64,000 bases of DNA from positions 6,091 to 70,090 of the forward strand of contig JBJTUM010000195.1 of assembly GCA_046080725.1 (NCBI GenBank), given 5' to 3'. The translations under genes were made by a program, and so were the position numbers. This document shows, piece by piece, positions 1 through 12,305 of this stretch. The notes under the pieces are model-generated. The model saw only the letters and a program-made list of their open reading frames with translations, ran no database searches and was not told the DNA's origin. The stretch is from Cyanobium sp. (GTDB lineage: Bacteria > Cyanobacteriota > Cyanobacteriia > PCC-6307 > Cyanobiaceae). Position 1 is the stretch's first letter; every line of letters starts with the position of its first letter.

Positions 1-378
1 TTAAGGGCTCTCCGTGATGCAGACTGAATGGGGCCGTGCCTTGAAATGGAGACATGTGCTGCAAGGACCCTGGGGCAGCACTGCGCAGCGCAGCAACGGG
101 CTATGGGCATTGAATGCACAGTCAGGGTTGCCGATTACCCACTGGCCTTTCCACCATTTAGAATCTGAAGGTTGTTCTTGTTGTTTGACTTCAAGAGCGA
201 TCGAGGACAGCTGGTAGCGACCTGCTCGAAAGGTGTAGCGATGACGCCGCAGTAAGACTAAAAAGGAACCAAAGCCCCAATCCAGCCAGAAGCCCGGATG
301 GGGGATCGATTGCCATTCGGGAACCTCAACCCGGGCGATGATGCGCTGTGACGCAGCCAAGTGAAGTTCCACCTGCAT
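1..378 (-). CDS. Conserved cyanobacterial protein, DUF6464-like, with a C-terminal Cys cluster
   Basis: Motif WVIGNPDCAFNAHSPLLRCAVLPQGPCSTCLHF recalled from a conserved cyanobacterial family; stop codon at 1-3. Confidence 0.7.
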   Translation of the reverse strand: MQVELHLAASQRIIARVEVPEWQSIPHPGFWLDWGFGSFLVLLRRHRYTFRAGRYQLSSIALEVKQQEQPSDSKWWKGQWVIGNPDCAFNAHSPLLRCAVLPQGPCSTCLHFKARPHSVCITESP

Positions 379-394
379 CGGACATCAGAGCGAC

Positions 395-2166
<1,772 letters not shown>

Positions 2167-2167
2167 C

Positions 2168-3067
2168 CTAAGCATCTTTGCACTCTTTTGCAAGGTGATA
2201 CCCCACGATAGACGGATAATCTTGGGCAGCATAAGCCTCTTTCTCTAATACTTGCTCCCATGGGCTGGCGTCCGAGTACACGGGATCATTTAGGTTTTTG
2301 AGGATGTCGTTTCGATTGGCAACGTTGATGCCCAAGGGTTCCGGTTTGGACCTCAGCGTCCCAGCTTTACAGCTTTGTGCAACGTGGATGGCTTCATGAC
2401 TGAGAACTCTAAGGAAATCGACGCTTCCATTGAGAAGGATTTTGGGCTGAATCCTGAGGGTGCTGGTTCTGTGATCCCACTCCGCGGCGGCTCCTTCCTT
2501 CACGGTGGGCTCGATAAGAACTTTCGCGCCGGCGCGCTTGAGGGCTCGCAAAAGTTCAGTGATGTGCTGGCGCTCTTGTTGGTAGGTGGGTGGGGACTTC
2601 ATCATGCTCTGAAGTTCAGCAACGGAAAGATCAGGCTCACCCTCGCGACGTTTATAGAGATAACGTGTTGAACCATCTGCCAGGATTTCCTCTTGGGGGC
2701 GCCATTGGAGATCGGCCACTTCCAACTGTGAAATGAGATCCTCAGGCTTTAGGTTGGAAGCAGTTCTCATGTCAGCATCAAGGGGTGGCAAGCTCTCTTG
2801 AAGACCCTTGGAAGTCCTTTTTTGATGGAGATCATTAGTAAATAAATTGATTAGATCGGGAATGGTGATGAGGGCCATCCCCGCACTGGCCAAGCCAACA
2901 GCCCAGATGTATCCCTTTTTGAGCTTTGATACCTTGATGAGTTGCCTGTTGCAACGTAGGCAAATTGGCTTTGAAACACCTTTGGCTTTGTAGCGAACTG
3001 GCAAACAGTCGCAAGCTGGACACCGATAAAGATCCACGTTGATTATCATCTCGCAAGATTTTGCCAT
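2168..3067 (-). CDS. Hypothetical membrane-anchored zincin-like protein
   Basis: N-terminal CPAC..CLRC, one TM segment, VLSHEAIHVAQ (HExxH) and a downstream EKEAY. Confidence 0.7.
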   Translation of the reverse strand: MAKSCEMIINVDLYRCPACDCLPVRYKAKGVSKPICLRCNRQLIKVSKLKKGYIWAVGLASAGMALITIPDLINLFTNDLHQKRTSKGLQESLPPLDADMRTASNLKPEDLISQLEVADLQWRPQEEILADGSTRYLYKRREGEPDLSVAELQSMMKSPPTYQQERQHITELLRALKRAGAKVLIEPTVKEGAAAEWDHRTSTLRIQPKILLNGSVDFLRVLSHEAIHVAQSCKAGTLRSKPEPLGINVANRNDILKNLNDPVYSDASPWEQVLEKEAYAAQDYPSIVGYHLAKECKDA

Positions 3068-3150
3068 GCCTTTACGGTTTTGGCACGAGGGGGTTCATCC
3101 CGGGTTTGAGGAAGGCTTGCGAGGATCGGAACCCCGTGCCGTCATGTTCC

Positions 3151-6100
3151 ATGCCCCTCTCAGCCCTGGTGCAACAGCTCAAGGCAGCACCGCTGACCGC
3201 AGAGGTTCTGGATCGCGCCCGACGCCCTGATCGGCTGCTGCTAAGGGGAGGAGGAAGGGGGGCCCGATCCCTCGTTGTCAGTGCCCTGGCCCGTTGCGCA
3301 GAGGCCCCTCTCCTGGTGATCGTTCCCACCCTTGAAGAGGCGGGCCGATGGGCCGCCTTGCTGGAGATCATGGGGTGGAGCAGCCAGCTCTATCCCACCA
3401 GTGAAGGGTCGCCCTACGAGCCCTTTGATCCCACCACGGAGATCACCTGGGGGCAGATGCAGGTGATCAGCGAGCTCCTGCAAGGCTCGCCCATGGCGGT
3501 GGTAGCCACTGAACGGGCCCTTCAGCCCCACCTGCCTCCCCGTCATGTGGTTGCCGCCGGTTGCAGCACCCTCCGAAAGGGGGAAGTAGAGAGCCTCGAG
3601 GCCTTGGCCCACATCCTTACTCGCTTGGGATATGAGCGGGTGACTTCGGTTGAACAGGAAGGCACCTGGAGCCGCCGCGGCGACATCTTGGATGTGTTTC
3701 CCGTTAGTGCAGAACTGCCGGTGCGCCTGGAATTCTTTGGTGATGAGTTAGAAAAACTTCGCGAATTTGATCCGGCAACGCAACGCTCGTTGGATGCCAT
3801 CGAGCACGTGGTGCTGACGCCCACCAGTTTTACCACCCTAGTGGCCGATGCCCTCAGGGATACTGCCTTGCCAGGATTGGAGGACTTGCTGGGAGATCAA
3901 GGCTTCGCCAACTTAGTGGAGGGCGGCACCCCAGAAGGTCTGCGGCGCCTGATGGGTGTGGTGTGGGAACAGCCAGCCAGCTTGTTGGATTACCTCGCCC
4001 CCAACACTCTGATTGCCGTCGATGAGCGTCGCCAATGTTTGGCCCATGGCCAGCAGTGGTTCGATCATGCCGCCGACCATCAAAAGGAGATCTGGGCAGA
4101 GTTAAAGGCCAATGCTGCGCCCCACCCCCTACCCATTCCCTTGCCCACCGGACTTCATCACTCTCCCAACGAGGCCTTGGCGAAACTGGAGGCGTTCCTC
4201 AGTGTGGATCTCGCGGAGCTGCTTCAGCGGGATGATGCAGTCAATCAATTTGACTTGGCAGCACGCCCTGTTCCAGCCCATCCAAATGTCTTTGGCAGGT
4301 TGGCTGAAACCGTGCGTGGCTTCCTCAAGGATCAGCAGCAGGTGTGGTTGCTTTCGGCCCAGCCCACCCGTGCAGTCGCCCTGCTGGAGGAGCACGACTG
4401 TATCTGCCGCTTTGTGCCTAATCCCGGGGATTTTCCTGCGATTGAGCGTCTCCTAATGCAGAACACACCCGTAGCTTTGAAAAGCCGCGGAACGGCAGAG
4501 CTGGAGGGGGTTCAGCTTCCCGCCTGGAAGCAGGTGTTGCTAACCGATCGGGAATTTTTCGGCCAGCACAGCCTGGCGGCAACGGGTTTTGTTCGCCGGC
4601 GCCGAAGGGCTGCCAGCCGAACGGTGGATCCCAACCGCATGGTGCCAGGAGATTTCGTGGTCCATCGCAACCACGGGGTAGGTCGTTTTCTCAAGCTCGA
4701 GAAGCTGGCCATCGGCGGTGAAGCTCGCGACTACCTCGTTATTCAGTATGCGGATGGGCTGCTGCGGGTCGCGGCGGATCAACTGGGGAGTCTGGGGCGT
4801 TTTCGAGCAACGGGGGACAGCTTCCCCGAGCTGAACCGCATGGGTGGAACGGCCTGGCAGCGCACCAAGGAGAGGGCCGCCAAAGCCATCCGCAAAGTGG
4901 CGATGGACCTGGTGAAGCTCTATGCCGAGCGCCACAAGATCCAGGGATTCGCCTTTCCCCCTGACGGCCCCTGGCAAGGAGAATTGGAAGATTCCTTCCC
5001 TTACGATCCCACTCCTGATCAGCTGAAGGCCATTGCCGACGTCAAGCGTGATATGGAGCGTCCCCAGCCCATGGATCGCTTGGTCTGCGGGGATGTGGGG
5101 TTTGGCAAGACCGAGGTGGCCATCCGGGCCATCTTTAAAGCTATCACTGCTGGAAAGCAGGTCGCCATGCTGGCGCCCACCACCGTTTTGGCTCAACAGC
5201 ACTGGCGCACCCTCTCGGAGCGCTTTGCCCCCTATCCCCTCAAGGTGGCCTTGCTCAACCGGTTTCGCACCACGAACGAACGAAAGGCCATTCAAGATGG
5301 CTTGGCCACAGGTCAGGTGGATGTGGTGGTGGGCACCCATCAGCTGCTCGGCAAAAGCACCACATTCAAGGATCTAGGCCTGCTTGTGGTGGATGAAGAG
5401 CAGCGGTTTGGTGTGCAGCAAAAGGAAAAAATCAAGGCCTTGCGAAAGGATGTGGATGTGCTCACCCTCAGTGCCACCCCGATTCCGCGCACGTTGTACA
5501 TGAGCCTGTCCGGGGTACGGGAAATGAGCCTGATCACCACTCCTCCTCCCCTTCGCAGACCCATCAGAACTCACCTGGCGGCCTTTGATGAGGAGGCGGT
5601 TCGCAGTGCCGTTCGCCAGGAGTTGGATCGGGGTGGGCAGGTGTTTTATGTGGTTCCCAGAGTAGAGGGCATTGAGGAGGGGGCGGAACGGCTCCGTTCC
5701 ATGCTGCCCGGCATGCGACTGATCACGGCCCACGGCCAGATGCCTGAGGGGGAGCTGGAAAGCGCCATGGTGGCCTTCAACAGTGGCGAAGCGGATGTGA
5801 TGCTCTGCACCACCATCATTGAAAGCGGTCTGGATATCCCCAGAGTGAACACCATATTGGTGGAAGATGCCCAGAAATTTGGACTCGCCCAGCTCTACCA
5901 ACTTCGGGGTCGGGTCGGCCGCAGTGGCATCCAAGCCCACGCCTGGTTGTTCTATCCAGGCGAGGCCTCGCTCAGCGATGGGGCTCGTCAGCGACTCCGA
6001 GCGATCCAGGAGTTTGCCCAACTCGGGTCAGGCTATCAATTGGCCATGCGCGACATGGAAATTCGCGGTGTGGGCAATTTGCTGGGGGTCGAGCAGAGCG

Positions 6101-6714
6101 GTCAGATGGAGACCATTGGTTTTGACCTCTACATGGATATGCTTCAAGAGTGTCTGGCTGAGCTGCAGGGTCAGGACATCCCCAGCGTGGATGACACCCA
6201 GGTGGATCTCCAGCTAACAGCGTTCATCCCAGCCGAATGGATCAGTGACAACGATGAAAAGGTGGCGGCCTATCGGGCGGCCGCCCAGTGTGAGACCAAA
6301 GTGGCCTTGCTCGAGCTGGCAGCGGGGTGGACGGACCGTTTCGGCCCGATCCCTGGACCCGTGCAGAGCCTGCTCCGGCTTTTGGAGTTGAAACTGCTGG
6401 CCAAGCGCTGTGGGGTCTCGCGGATCAAACCGGAAAAGCCAAACATCCTTCTGGAAACCCCGATGGAAGGACCGGCCTTCCGTCTGCTGCGCCAGGGTCT
6501 GCCCACCCATCTTCACGGCCGATTGGTATACCAGGCGGGCTCCGCTGGGGCGGCGACGATTGTGGCTCGAGGTCTCGGTGCCCTTCCCGTGGAAAAACAG
6601 GTGGATGAGCTCATGGAATGGCTTGGGAAAATGGCAGCCCAGATTCCTTCTTCGGATGGGACGGCTCAAGATGGCCCAGGCACGAAGGCCCCGGCATCAC
6701 TGCTCGTGGTTTGA
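3151..6714 (+). CDS. mfd: Transcription-repair coupling factor
   Basis: UvrB-homology region, RID ([12 protein letters not shown]), [22 protein letters not shown] motif, TRCF C-terminus. Start placed at ATG 3151. Confidence 0.98.
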   Translation: MPLSALVQQLKAAPLTAEVLDRARRPDRLLLRGGGRGARSLVVSALARCAEAPLLVIVPTLEEAGRWAALLEIMGWSSQLYPTSEGSPYEPFDPTTEITWGQMQVISELLQGSPMAVVATERALQPHLPPRHVVAAGCSTLRKGEVESLEALAHILTRLGYERVTSVEQEGTWSRRGDILDVFPVSAELPVRLEFFGDELEKLREFDPATQRSLDAIEHVVLTPTSFTTLVADALRDTALPGLEDLLGDQGFANLVEGGTPEGLRRLMGVVWEQPASLLDYLAPNTLIAVDERRQCLAHGQQWFDHAADHQKEIWAELKANAAPHPLPIPLPTGLHHSPNEALAKLEAFLSVDLAELLQRDDAVNQFDLAARPVPAHPNVFGRLAETVRGFLKDQQQVWLLSAQPTRAVALLEEHDCICRFVPNPGDFPAIERLLMQNTPVALKSRGTAELEGVQLPAWKQVLLTDREFFGQHSLAATGFVRRRRRAASRTVDPNRMVPGDFVVHRNHGVGRFLKLEKLAIGGEARDYLVIQYADGLLRVAADQLGSLGRFRATGDSFPELNRMGGTAWQRTKERAAKAIRKVAMDLVKLYAERHKIQGFAFPPDGPWQGELEDSFPYDPTPDQLKAIADVKRDMERPQPMDRLVCGDVGFGKTEVAIRAIFKAITAGKQVAMLAPTTVLAQQHWRTLSERFAPYPLKVALLNRFRTTNERKAIQDGLATGQVDVVVGTHQLLGKSTTFKDLGLLVVDEEQRFGVQQKEKIKALRKDVDVLTLSATPIPRTLYMSLSGVREMSLITTPPPLRRPIRTHLAAFDEEAVRSAVRQELDRGGQVFYVVPRVEGIEEGAERLRSMLPGMRLITAHGQMPEGELESAMVAFNSGEADVMLCTTIIESGLDIPRVNTILVEDAQKFGLAQLYQLRGRVGRSGIQAHAWLFYPGEASLSDGARQRLRAIQEFAQLGSGYQLAMRDMEIRGVGNLLGVEQSGQMETIGFDLYMDMLQECLAELQGQDIPSVDDTQVDLQLTAFIPAEWISDNDEKVAAYRAAAQCETKVALLELAAGWTDRFGPIPGPVQSLLRLLELKLLAKRCGVSRIKPEKPNILLETPMEGPAFRLLRQGLPTHLHGRLVYQAGSAGAATIVARGLGALPVEKQVDELMEWLGKMAAQIPSSDGTAQDGPGTKAPASLLVV

Positions 6715-6728
6715 AGGCCGGAAGCTGC

Positions 6729-7970
6729 CTATCGCGCAAGCCTTCGGGCCAGCTGTTCGGCGCTCAGCATGGCCCCCTCAACCCGTCCAAAGCCCGGGCC
6801 CGCCATGAAGTCTCCGCAAAATCCCAGCTGGAGCTCCTCATTCCAGCAGAGTTCCTCGGGGAGAGCCGGCTGCAGGGGGAAAGCGGCTCCCCATCGCATC
6901 AATTGCCGATCGTTTTGCCCAGTGGTTTGGGGAGGCAACCAGGGGCTCAGCACATCCATCAACGACGCATGCAAAGCCTCGATCACCACCTTTTCCTGCT
7001 CCGCACTGGCAGTAAGGCCTAACTGGCGAGCCATCGCCGATCGGGATCCATAGATGCCGATATGTTCCGCGGCAAAAATGGCATTGGAGTGGGCCACGAT
7101 CGCGCAGGATCCGTCCTGCTGCGGCTGGATACAGACCCGCCAAAGCCCCCAGCGTTGTTGGGCGGCTGGATCAAAGGCCAGCAGCCGAAAGGGCAGCGCG
7201 AGCCAACCGACCGCTTGATCAGGGGAAAGCCGAAGCAAAAGAGAGCTCCGGGCCTCAAATCGCAAGCTGGCAATGGACGCCAGTGCGTGGTTCAGCGCAG
7301 GGTTTTGGACCCGTTCGGCCAGCTCCTGCAACGGAGGGGTAGACCAGCCAAAGGTCAGCCGGCTGCGGGGGTGGGCCAGAAGGGTTCCGGTGAGAACGAG
7401 AGCTGCGCTTTCAGCAAGCACGGACCCTTCTGGGTCTTTCAACAGCCAGCGATCGCGATGGCGCTCAAGGCTGCGAATCAAGGTGTTGTAACTGGTGGTC
7501 AGTTGGCCATCCCCTAGTTGAAGCAGCCCTTCACAGATCTGCTCCATCCCGGGTGCCCCCTGGAAACAGCGGCCTTCCAGCAGCGGATCCTGCCCTTGGT
7601 GAGGGAGAAGCTCGCCGAGTTCGTTAATCACGGCCATCTCCCCTTTCCATGGTTCCACCCACCCTTTCTGCAAGAGGGGGGAGAGCACCTCTGGATCTGT
7701 AGAGGAGCGGATGTTGAACAAGTTGGCCCCATGGTTGATCCTTAGGGTCGGATCCTGTCTGGACCGTCTCGTTGCTGTTCGTCCCCCTGGTCCCCTGCCA
7801 GCTTCCCAAAGGCCGATGGATGCACCGTCCCATCCGTTACGGCACAATTCAGCCGCCAGAGCGCAACCGGCAACCCCAGCACCGATAATGGCTAAGCCAA
7901 ACGGCCCTTGATCAGAAGTGAAGACTTTTGAAGTGCTGCGTTGGCGACTTGAGATCGGTCTTTTGGACAA
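6729..7970 (-). CDS. NAD(P)/FAD-dependent oxidoreductase, renalase-like
   Basis: IIGAGVAG, EAGRGPGGRTATRR, RWGAAFP, CGD..GRVEGAMLS. Confidence 0.85.
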   Translation of the reverse strand: MSKRPISSRQRSTSKVFTSDQGPFGLAIIGAGVAGCALAAELCRNGWDGASIGLWEAGRGPGGRTATRRSRQDPTLRINHGANLFNIRSSTDPEVLSPLLQKGWVEPWKGEMAVINELGELLPHQGQDPLLEGRCFQGAPGMEQICEGLLQLGDGQLTTSYNTLIRSLERHRDRWLLKDPEGSVLAESAALVLTGTLLAHPRSRLTFGWSTPPLQELAERVQNPALNHALASIASLRFEARSSLLLRLSPDQAVGWLALPFRLLAFDPAAQQRWGLWRVCIQPQQDGSCAIVAHSNAIFAAEHIGIYGSRSAMARQLGLTASAEQEKVVIEALHASLMDVLSPWLPPQTTGQNDRQLMRWGAAFPLQPALPEELCWNEELQLGFCGDFMAGPGFGRVEGAMLSAEQLARRLAR

Positions 7971-7987
7971 ACCTGATTGAGATCTGC

Positions 7988-9052
7988 TTATAGAGTAGCT
8001 TCCAGAAACCTGCTTAACACAGCAACAGGAATTTCAATATCGTTCTTTGCATTGATGCTTGGGACGACTGCAAAACTATATTGACCCTCACGTAGACCTA
8101 CAAGCTGAAAAAAGTCGGGACGAATGCCATGACCCTGCTGAAAGATTTCTAACACCTGGCACCCTGGAGAGAGATACATCAGATTCGTCAACGCTGCCCC
8201 ATGGGCCGAGATCACATGAGTGGCATGCTGAAAACGAAGGATTTGCAGCTGTAAAGGCATCTCGTCAAGATGTAGAAGTTCAAAGCCATGTCTGGAAAGA
8301 TGAGTCATGATTGCTTCTTCGTTTCTTACTTGCCGAAGATGTGCATTGCCACGAGAAACGTAGATTCGTTTGCTGAATTTATGACTCTCGACATTTCTAT
8401 TCGCCCCTGTAATTAACCTCTGGGAGAGTGCAGAGATCGCTGATGGGCTCAATGCATCAAAGTGACCTGTTGGGCTGTAGCGTGTGTGTCGGTGGGAGAA
8501 ACTTGTGATCAATCTCTCAAAACTGCACCCCACGTTCCCCTTGGATAGGGGGATTCGGATCATTTGCGCCCATGGAATATCGAGGAAGGTCAGCGAATCC
8601 CTTTGCCAGGGGGTCAGGGTCTGAGGAACGACGATTTTGAATCCATCTCCCAAGATCCTATTATAAGCTTCCGCGGCCAGGATCCGTGGAAGTGCGTCAA
8701 GGAACCAGTGAAAGTAGTTTGGTTTGATATTGAGGTAGTCAATGAGCACACAGACAGTTTCCTCGATGGGTATGAGGGGCCCCTTTAAACATCGCCAGAT
8801 CAGGGAACCCGTTTCTTTTGCATTGAGAATCCGAAACGGAATGGTCTCCTCAATAATGGCCAGATGACGTTCTAAACCGATACAGTCTGGCCCGATGCAA
8901 CTGGCCTGAGGGGATATTTTTAAATATCCCTCAGGAATAGAGAATGGCTGGCAATAAATATCCAGGCGTTCCAGTGGCAAATCCCACAAATTCCTCATAT
9001 TTATGGCGTAGTTTAATCCCTGGTCCGCGCTCAACTTAAGTCTTCTGCCCAA
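7988..9052 (-). CDS. Glycosyltransferase family 61 (DUF563) protein
   Basis: NYFHWFLDALPR, RIYVSRG..RQVRNE, SAHGAALTNL. Confidence 0.85.
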   Translation of the reverse strand: MGRRLKLSADQGLNYAINMRNLWDLPLERLDIYCQPFSIPEGYLKISPQASCIGPDCIGLERHLAIIEETIPFRILNAKETGSLIWRCLKGPLIPIEETVCVLIDYLNIKPNYFHWFLDALPRILAAEAYNRILGDGFKIVVPQTLTPWQRDSLTFLDIPWAQMIRIPLSKGNVGCSFERLITSFSHRHTRYSPTGHFDALSPSAISALSQRLITGANRNVESHKFSKRIYVSRGNAHLRQVRNEEAIMTHLSRHGFELLHLDEMPLQLQILRFQHATHVISAHGAALTNLMYLSPGCQVLEIFQQGHGIRPDFFQLVGLREGQYSFAVVPSINAKNDIEIPVAVLSRFLEATL

Positions 9053-9088
9053 TGCTTGAATCCTCCTTGGCCATCATGGCATAGAGGC

Positions 9089-9370
9089 TCAGCAGTTCTG
9101 GGCTAGGAGCTCTTCACCAATGGTGGAACGATCCTGCAGTTGCTCTCCAGCGATCAATTCCTCCGCGGCTACCCATTCACTGTCTTCCAAACCACTAGGA
9201 GTTCGCATGATCACTTCTACTTCACAATCCCGAGGGCAGTGAAAGGTCAGCAACTCAAAGGGAAAAACCACCCTTTCGAGATAATTGGTGGAGTGACCAC
9301 GGGCACGAAGGATAACGATTTTGTCCGTGCAGTTGCGATAACTGCAGAAGACTGGACTTTGTGTGTTCAC
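9089..9370 (-). CDS. DUF1830 domain protein
   Basis: CSYRNCT..ILR..YLERVVFPFE..F motif. Confidence 0.75.
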   Translation of the reverse strand: MNTQSPVFCSYRNCTDKIVILRARGHSTNYLERVVFPFELLTFHCPRDCEVEVIMRTPSGLEDSEWVAAEELIAGEQLQDRSTIGEELLAQNC

Positions 9371-9463
9371 GGCCTATGTCTGAGTCAAACAGTATCAAGA
9401 CAGATTTGCCAATGAGATTCAGTCTCGTCTGCGACAGTTCTAAGACTTAGGCTGATTTACCCA

Positions 9464-9766
9464 TTAGCTCCGTCTGAGCCATGGAGGAGCGCCTGAAAAC
9501 CACTCACCCAAGTCGTCGGTCTTGGGATCAAAAGCACCTTTAGGTCCAACCTCACCAAGATTCATGTCAGCGAGAAAACGATCGAGACCAGTCCTCGGCA
9601 GGCCTTCTAGCTGTTTCCGCTGAGCCTGCTTCAACCAGCCCCATACGGAAGGATCTCGATCTGCGAACTTCTGCACAACGATGCGTTCGTTGAGGCTTAC
9701 GGGTTCTGAGTTGGCAATCCTCTCGATGATGTTCTGAAGCCTGAGGCGAGTGCTTGGAGTAAGCAT
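9464..9766 (-). CDS. Conserved picocyanobacterial hypothetical protein
   Basis: MLTPSTRLRLQ...WFSGAPPWLRRS resembles a small conserved picocyanobacterial protein; start placed at ATG 9766. Confidence 0.65.
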   Translation of the reverse strand: MLTPSTRLRLQNIIERIANSEPVSLNERIVVQKFADRDPSVWGWLKQAQRKQLEGLPRTGLDRFLADMNLGEVGPKGAFDPKTDDLGEWFSGAPPWLRRS

Positions 9767-9930
9767 CTGGGCCCGACTGGAAAACGTTCTTGTATTGATA
9801 GCTAAATAAACCAGTCTAAAAGTGGCGAACCACACCAAACCCTCCCGTTTGTCAGCACTTCCCCTTCCTGCATTCATCCTGCAAGGCAGCATGATGACGA
9901 TCCACGGCCAACTTCACGGGATGTGACGGG

Positions 9931-10812
9931 ATGGGTTCACTCCTTTTCGAGGTGTTGCCCTCTCTCCTTGGAGGGATGCTGCTCGGTTGGAGGTGGCCCG
10001 CTTTGCCGAGCTGGCTGGCTCCGCTTTTGGTTCGCTGGGGTGTGCCCTTGAGCGTGGCGGCCCTTCTCCTGCGATCCAGCCTGTCGCTCAGCCTTTTGAA
10101 GGTGGCCCTCGTGGCCATTTTGGTGCCGTTGCTCAGCTTGGGCATTTTGCTGGGTGTGGCCCCTTTTCGCCATCGGTTGAAAGAACCTGTGTTGATCCTG
10201 GGCGCTGCTGTTGGGAATACGGGCTATTGGGGACTCCCCGTTGCCCTCGCTCTTATGCCGCCATCCGCCATGGCCGCCGCTGTGGTCTACGACGTTGCCG
10301 GTACCCTCATCACCTGGTCTGCGGGGCCATTGATTTTGTTGGGTGCCCAAGGGGGGCATGCCAGTCCCTTCAGCACCCTCCTTGTTAGCCCGGCCATGCA
10401 AGGTCTCTTCCTCGCCCTTCTCATTCACCTCTCCCCCTGGACTGACCCATTGGCTTCCGCGCTTTGGTGGCCTGCGCGGGCGGTGTTGCTCATCGCCCTT
10501 GGTGTGTTGGGTATGCGTCTCGGTCTCATCCTGCGCCATGGCTCTTTTCCCGTTCCTCCTGGTCTTCCCTATGCATTGGTTTTCAAGCTTTTTGTGATTC
10601 CGGTTCTGGTTGGGCTGCTTGGCAAAGCGCTGGCTTTATCCGCCCTGGATCGTCAAGCTCTTGTGTTGCAAGGAGCCGCTCCTACGGCTCTTTCCGTTCT
10701 CCTGATGGCTGAGGCCAATCAGGAAGCGGAGCCGGTGGCCTCCGCGCTTGTGATCTCCAGCACGTTGGCTGCCATGGTGACGGTTCCCCTCTGGTGGGGC
10801 TTTCTCCAGTGA
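9931..10812 (+). CDS. AEC (auxin efflux carrier-like) family transporter
   Basis: About 10 hydrophobic helices, GNTGYWGLP and AAPTA crossover motifs. Confidence 0.85.
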   Translation: MGSLLFEVLPSLLGGMLLGWRWPALPSWLAPLLVRWGVPLSVAALLLRSSLSLSLLKVALVAILVPLLSLGILLGVAPFRHRLKEPVLILGAAVGNTGYWGLPVALALMPPSAMAAAVVYDVAGTLITWSAGPLILLGAQGGHASPFSTLLVSPAMQGLFLALLIHLSPWTDPLASALWWPARAVLLIALGVLGMRLGLILRHGSFPVPPGLPYALVFKLFVIPVLVGLLGKALALSALDRQALVLQGAAPTALSVLLMAEANQEAEPVASALVISSTLAAMVTVPLWWGFLQ

Positions 10813-10833
10813 GACCCCCGAGGTTCCGGTTCC

Positions 10834-11838
10834 ATGAGATGTCCTCTCTGGCCCATCGTTTTTTTGCCCCTTGTCTTTCTCGTCCTGCCCCGGTCCGAAC
10901 TGCTTGCGGATCCCCTTAGCGGCTCTCGAGCGCTGATCCAGGAGCGAGGGACCCTTTTGCCACCAGGCCGACTCTCGGGCGGGGCGCAAGTCCTCCTGGA
11001 GCGAGCGGAAGGCGGGGATACCCCAGTGCTGACGTTCAGCACCGATCATGGCCTTGTGCGTTTGCTCCTGGACACCGGGGCAGCGTCAGCCATGGTGACG
11101 CCTATGCTGGTGAAGCGTCTTGGCTTGGAGAGTCGGTCCCTCTCCCCCGAAGAGTTTTCCCTTGCTGGCGGCGGGGAAACCTGTTCTCATCTGGCTCTCT
11201 CCAAGACCCGTCTTCCGGAGCTCCGCATCACAGCAGGGAGCAGTCAGCTGCCCTTGTTGCGGCTTCAAGGGATGGAGGCCTTTGTTTTGCCTGTTGTGGC
11301 CTTGCCCCAGGGCATTGATGGCGTTTTGGGGGCTGCCGCACTTCAACAGCTGCCCTTTGTGGTGGACCCCCCAAACGAGCGGGTGTTCATTGGTGGTGCT
11401 GCCCTGCAGTGGCGTCAGCGGATGCCCAACCGGGCGGAGATTATTCCTCTGAGCTGGCGGCGTGGTGTACCCCTGGCTGGAATCCAGGTGTTGTCTCATC
11501 CTGATGGCCAGATCAGGCAATACGACGCTCTTGTCGACACTGGCGCAGAAGGCCTTTTCCTGACCCCGAAGGTCGCGGCCCTGCTCCGTCCCTTGGGGAG
11601 AGGCCAGGCCGTCCGTCTGGCCGGTGTCTGCGGGCTTCAACAGGTCCGGCGCCAACGGTTGATGGGCATCGGCATGGGTTGGCAAGCCCCACCGATCCAG
11701 ACCCATGAGGCCATCATCACCACGAATCCGGTGTTTCCTTTGCTTGGGGTGGAGGCCATCGTGGGCCAGGAGATCCTGCGCTTCCGACGCCAGCTATGGA
11801 GGTTGGACACGCATCCGCCCCGGCTTGAATTGTGGTGA
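10834..11838 (+). CDS. Exported aspartic protease with two retropepsin-like domains
   Basis: Signal-like N-terminus; LLDTGA...GVLG and LVDTGA...AIVG. Confidence 0.8.
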   Translation: MRCPLWPIVFLPLVFLVLPRSELLADPLSGSRALIQERGTLLPPGRLSGGAQVLLERAEGGDTPVLTFSTDHGLVRLLLDTGAASAMVTPMLVKRLGLESRSLSPEEFSLAGGGETCSHLALSKTRLPELRITAGSSQLPLLRLQGMEAFVLPVVALPQGIDGVLGAAALQQLPFVVDPPNERVFIGGAALQWRQRMPNRAEIIPLSWRRGVPLAGIQVLSHPDGQIRQYDALVDTGAEGLFLTPKVAALLRPLGRGQAVRLAGVCGLQQVRRQRLMGIGMGWQAPPIQTHEAIITTNPVFPLLGVEAIVGQEILRFRRQLWRLDTHPPRLELW

Positions 11839-11847
11839 AGGAATACA

Positions 11848-11881
11848 GAAAAGCCCTCACAAGGGCGTGTGAGGGCTTTTC
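11848..11881. terminator. Bidirectional intrinsic terminator
   Basis: GAAAAGCCCTCACA-agggcg-TGTGAGGGCTTTTC perfect inverted repeat between convergent genes. Confidence 0.8.
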
Positions 11882-11985
11882 CGGAGCTGCCAGTTTGGGC
11901 GCTCGGGTCCGACGGGGGGCATCGTCGTCGGTAAGAATGTTCTAAGCCGCAGCCCATGGCAGTCGGGAAGCATCAGAACAATTGG

Positions 11986-12126
11986 TTACATTTGAGTCTG
12001 CAGGCTCTTTAAGGCTAGGGGGGCCCACTCCGCCAGGAGCTGTTCGTGTCGGACGAGGGCGTATCGGCTCTGTTCACTGGGCTGGGCCCTGTACTGATCG
12101 CGAAGGGAGTGCAACTGGGTCTCCAT
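11986..12126 (-). CDS. Small hypothetical protein (46 aa)
   Basis: METQLHSLRDQYRAQPSEQSRYALVRHEQLLAEWAP, a helical C-terminal part of the longer ORF 11986..12276, followed by a terminator. Confidence 0.5.
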   Translation of the reverse strand: METQLHSLRDQYRAQPSEQSRYALVRHEQLLAEWAPLALKSLQTQM

Positions 12127-12305
12127 GGAGTGGAGCACAGGATGATTTTCGAACACCGCGGTTTTTTGGCAACCCCTGAATCTGAACAGAATCGGAAGAT
12201 TGTTCCGGTCTTTCCGGAGGGGCTGCCGATCTTGGCGGATTCGGAAACCCTCCTTGTTTCGCCGTGGCTTGCCCATACCATCAGAAGGGTTTGCAAGTCT
12301 CAGCC

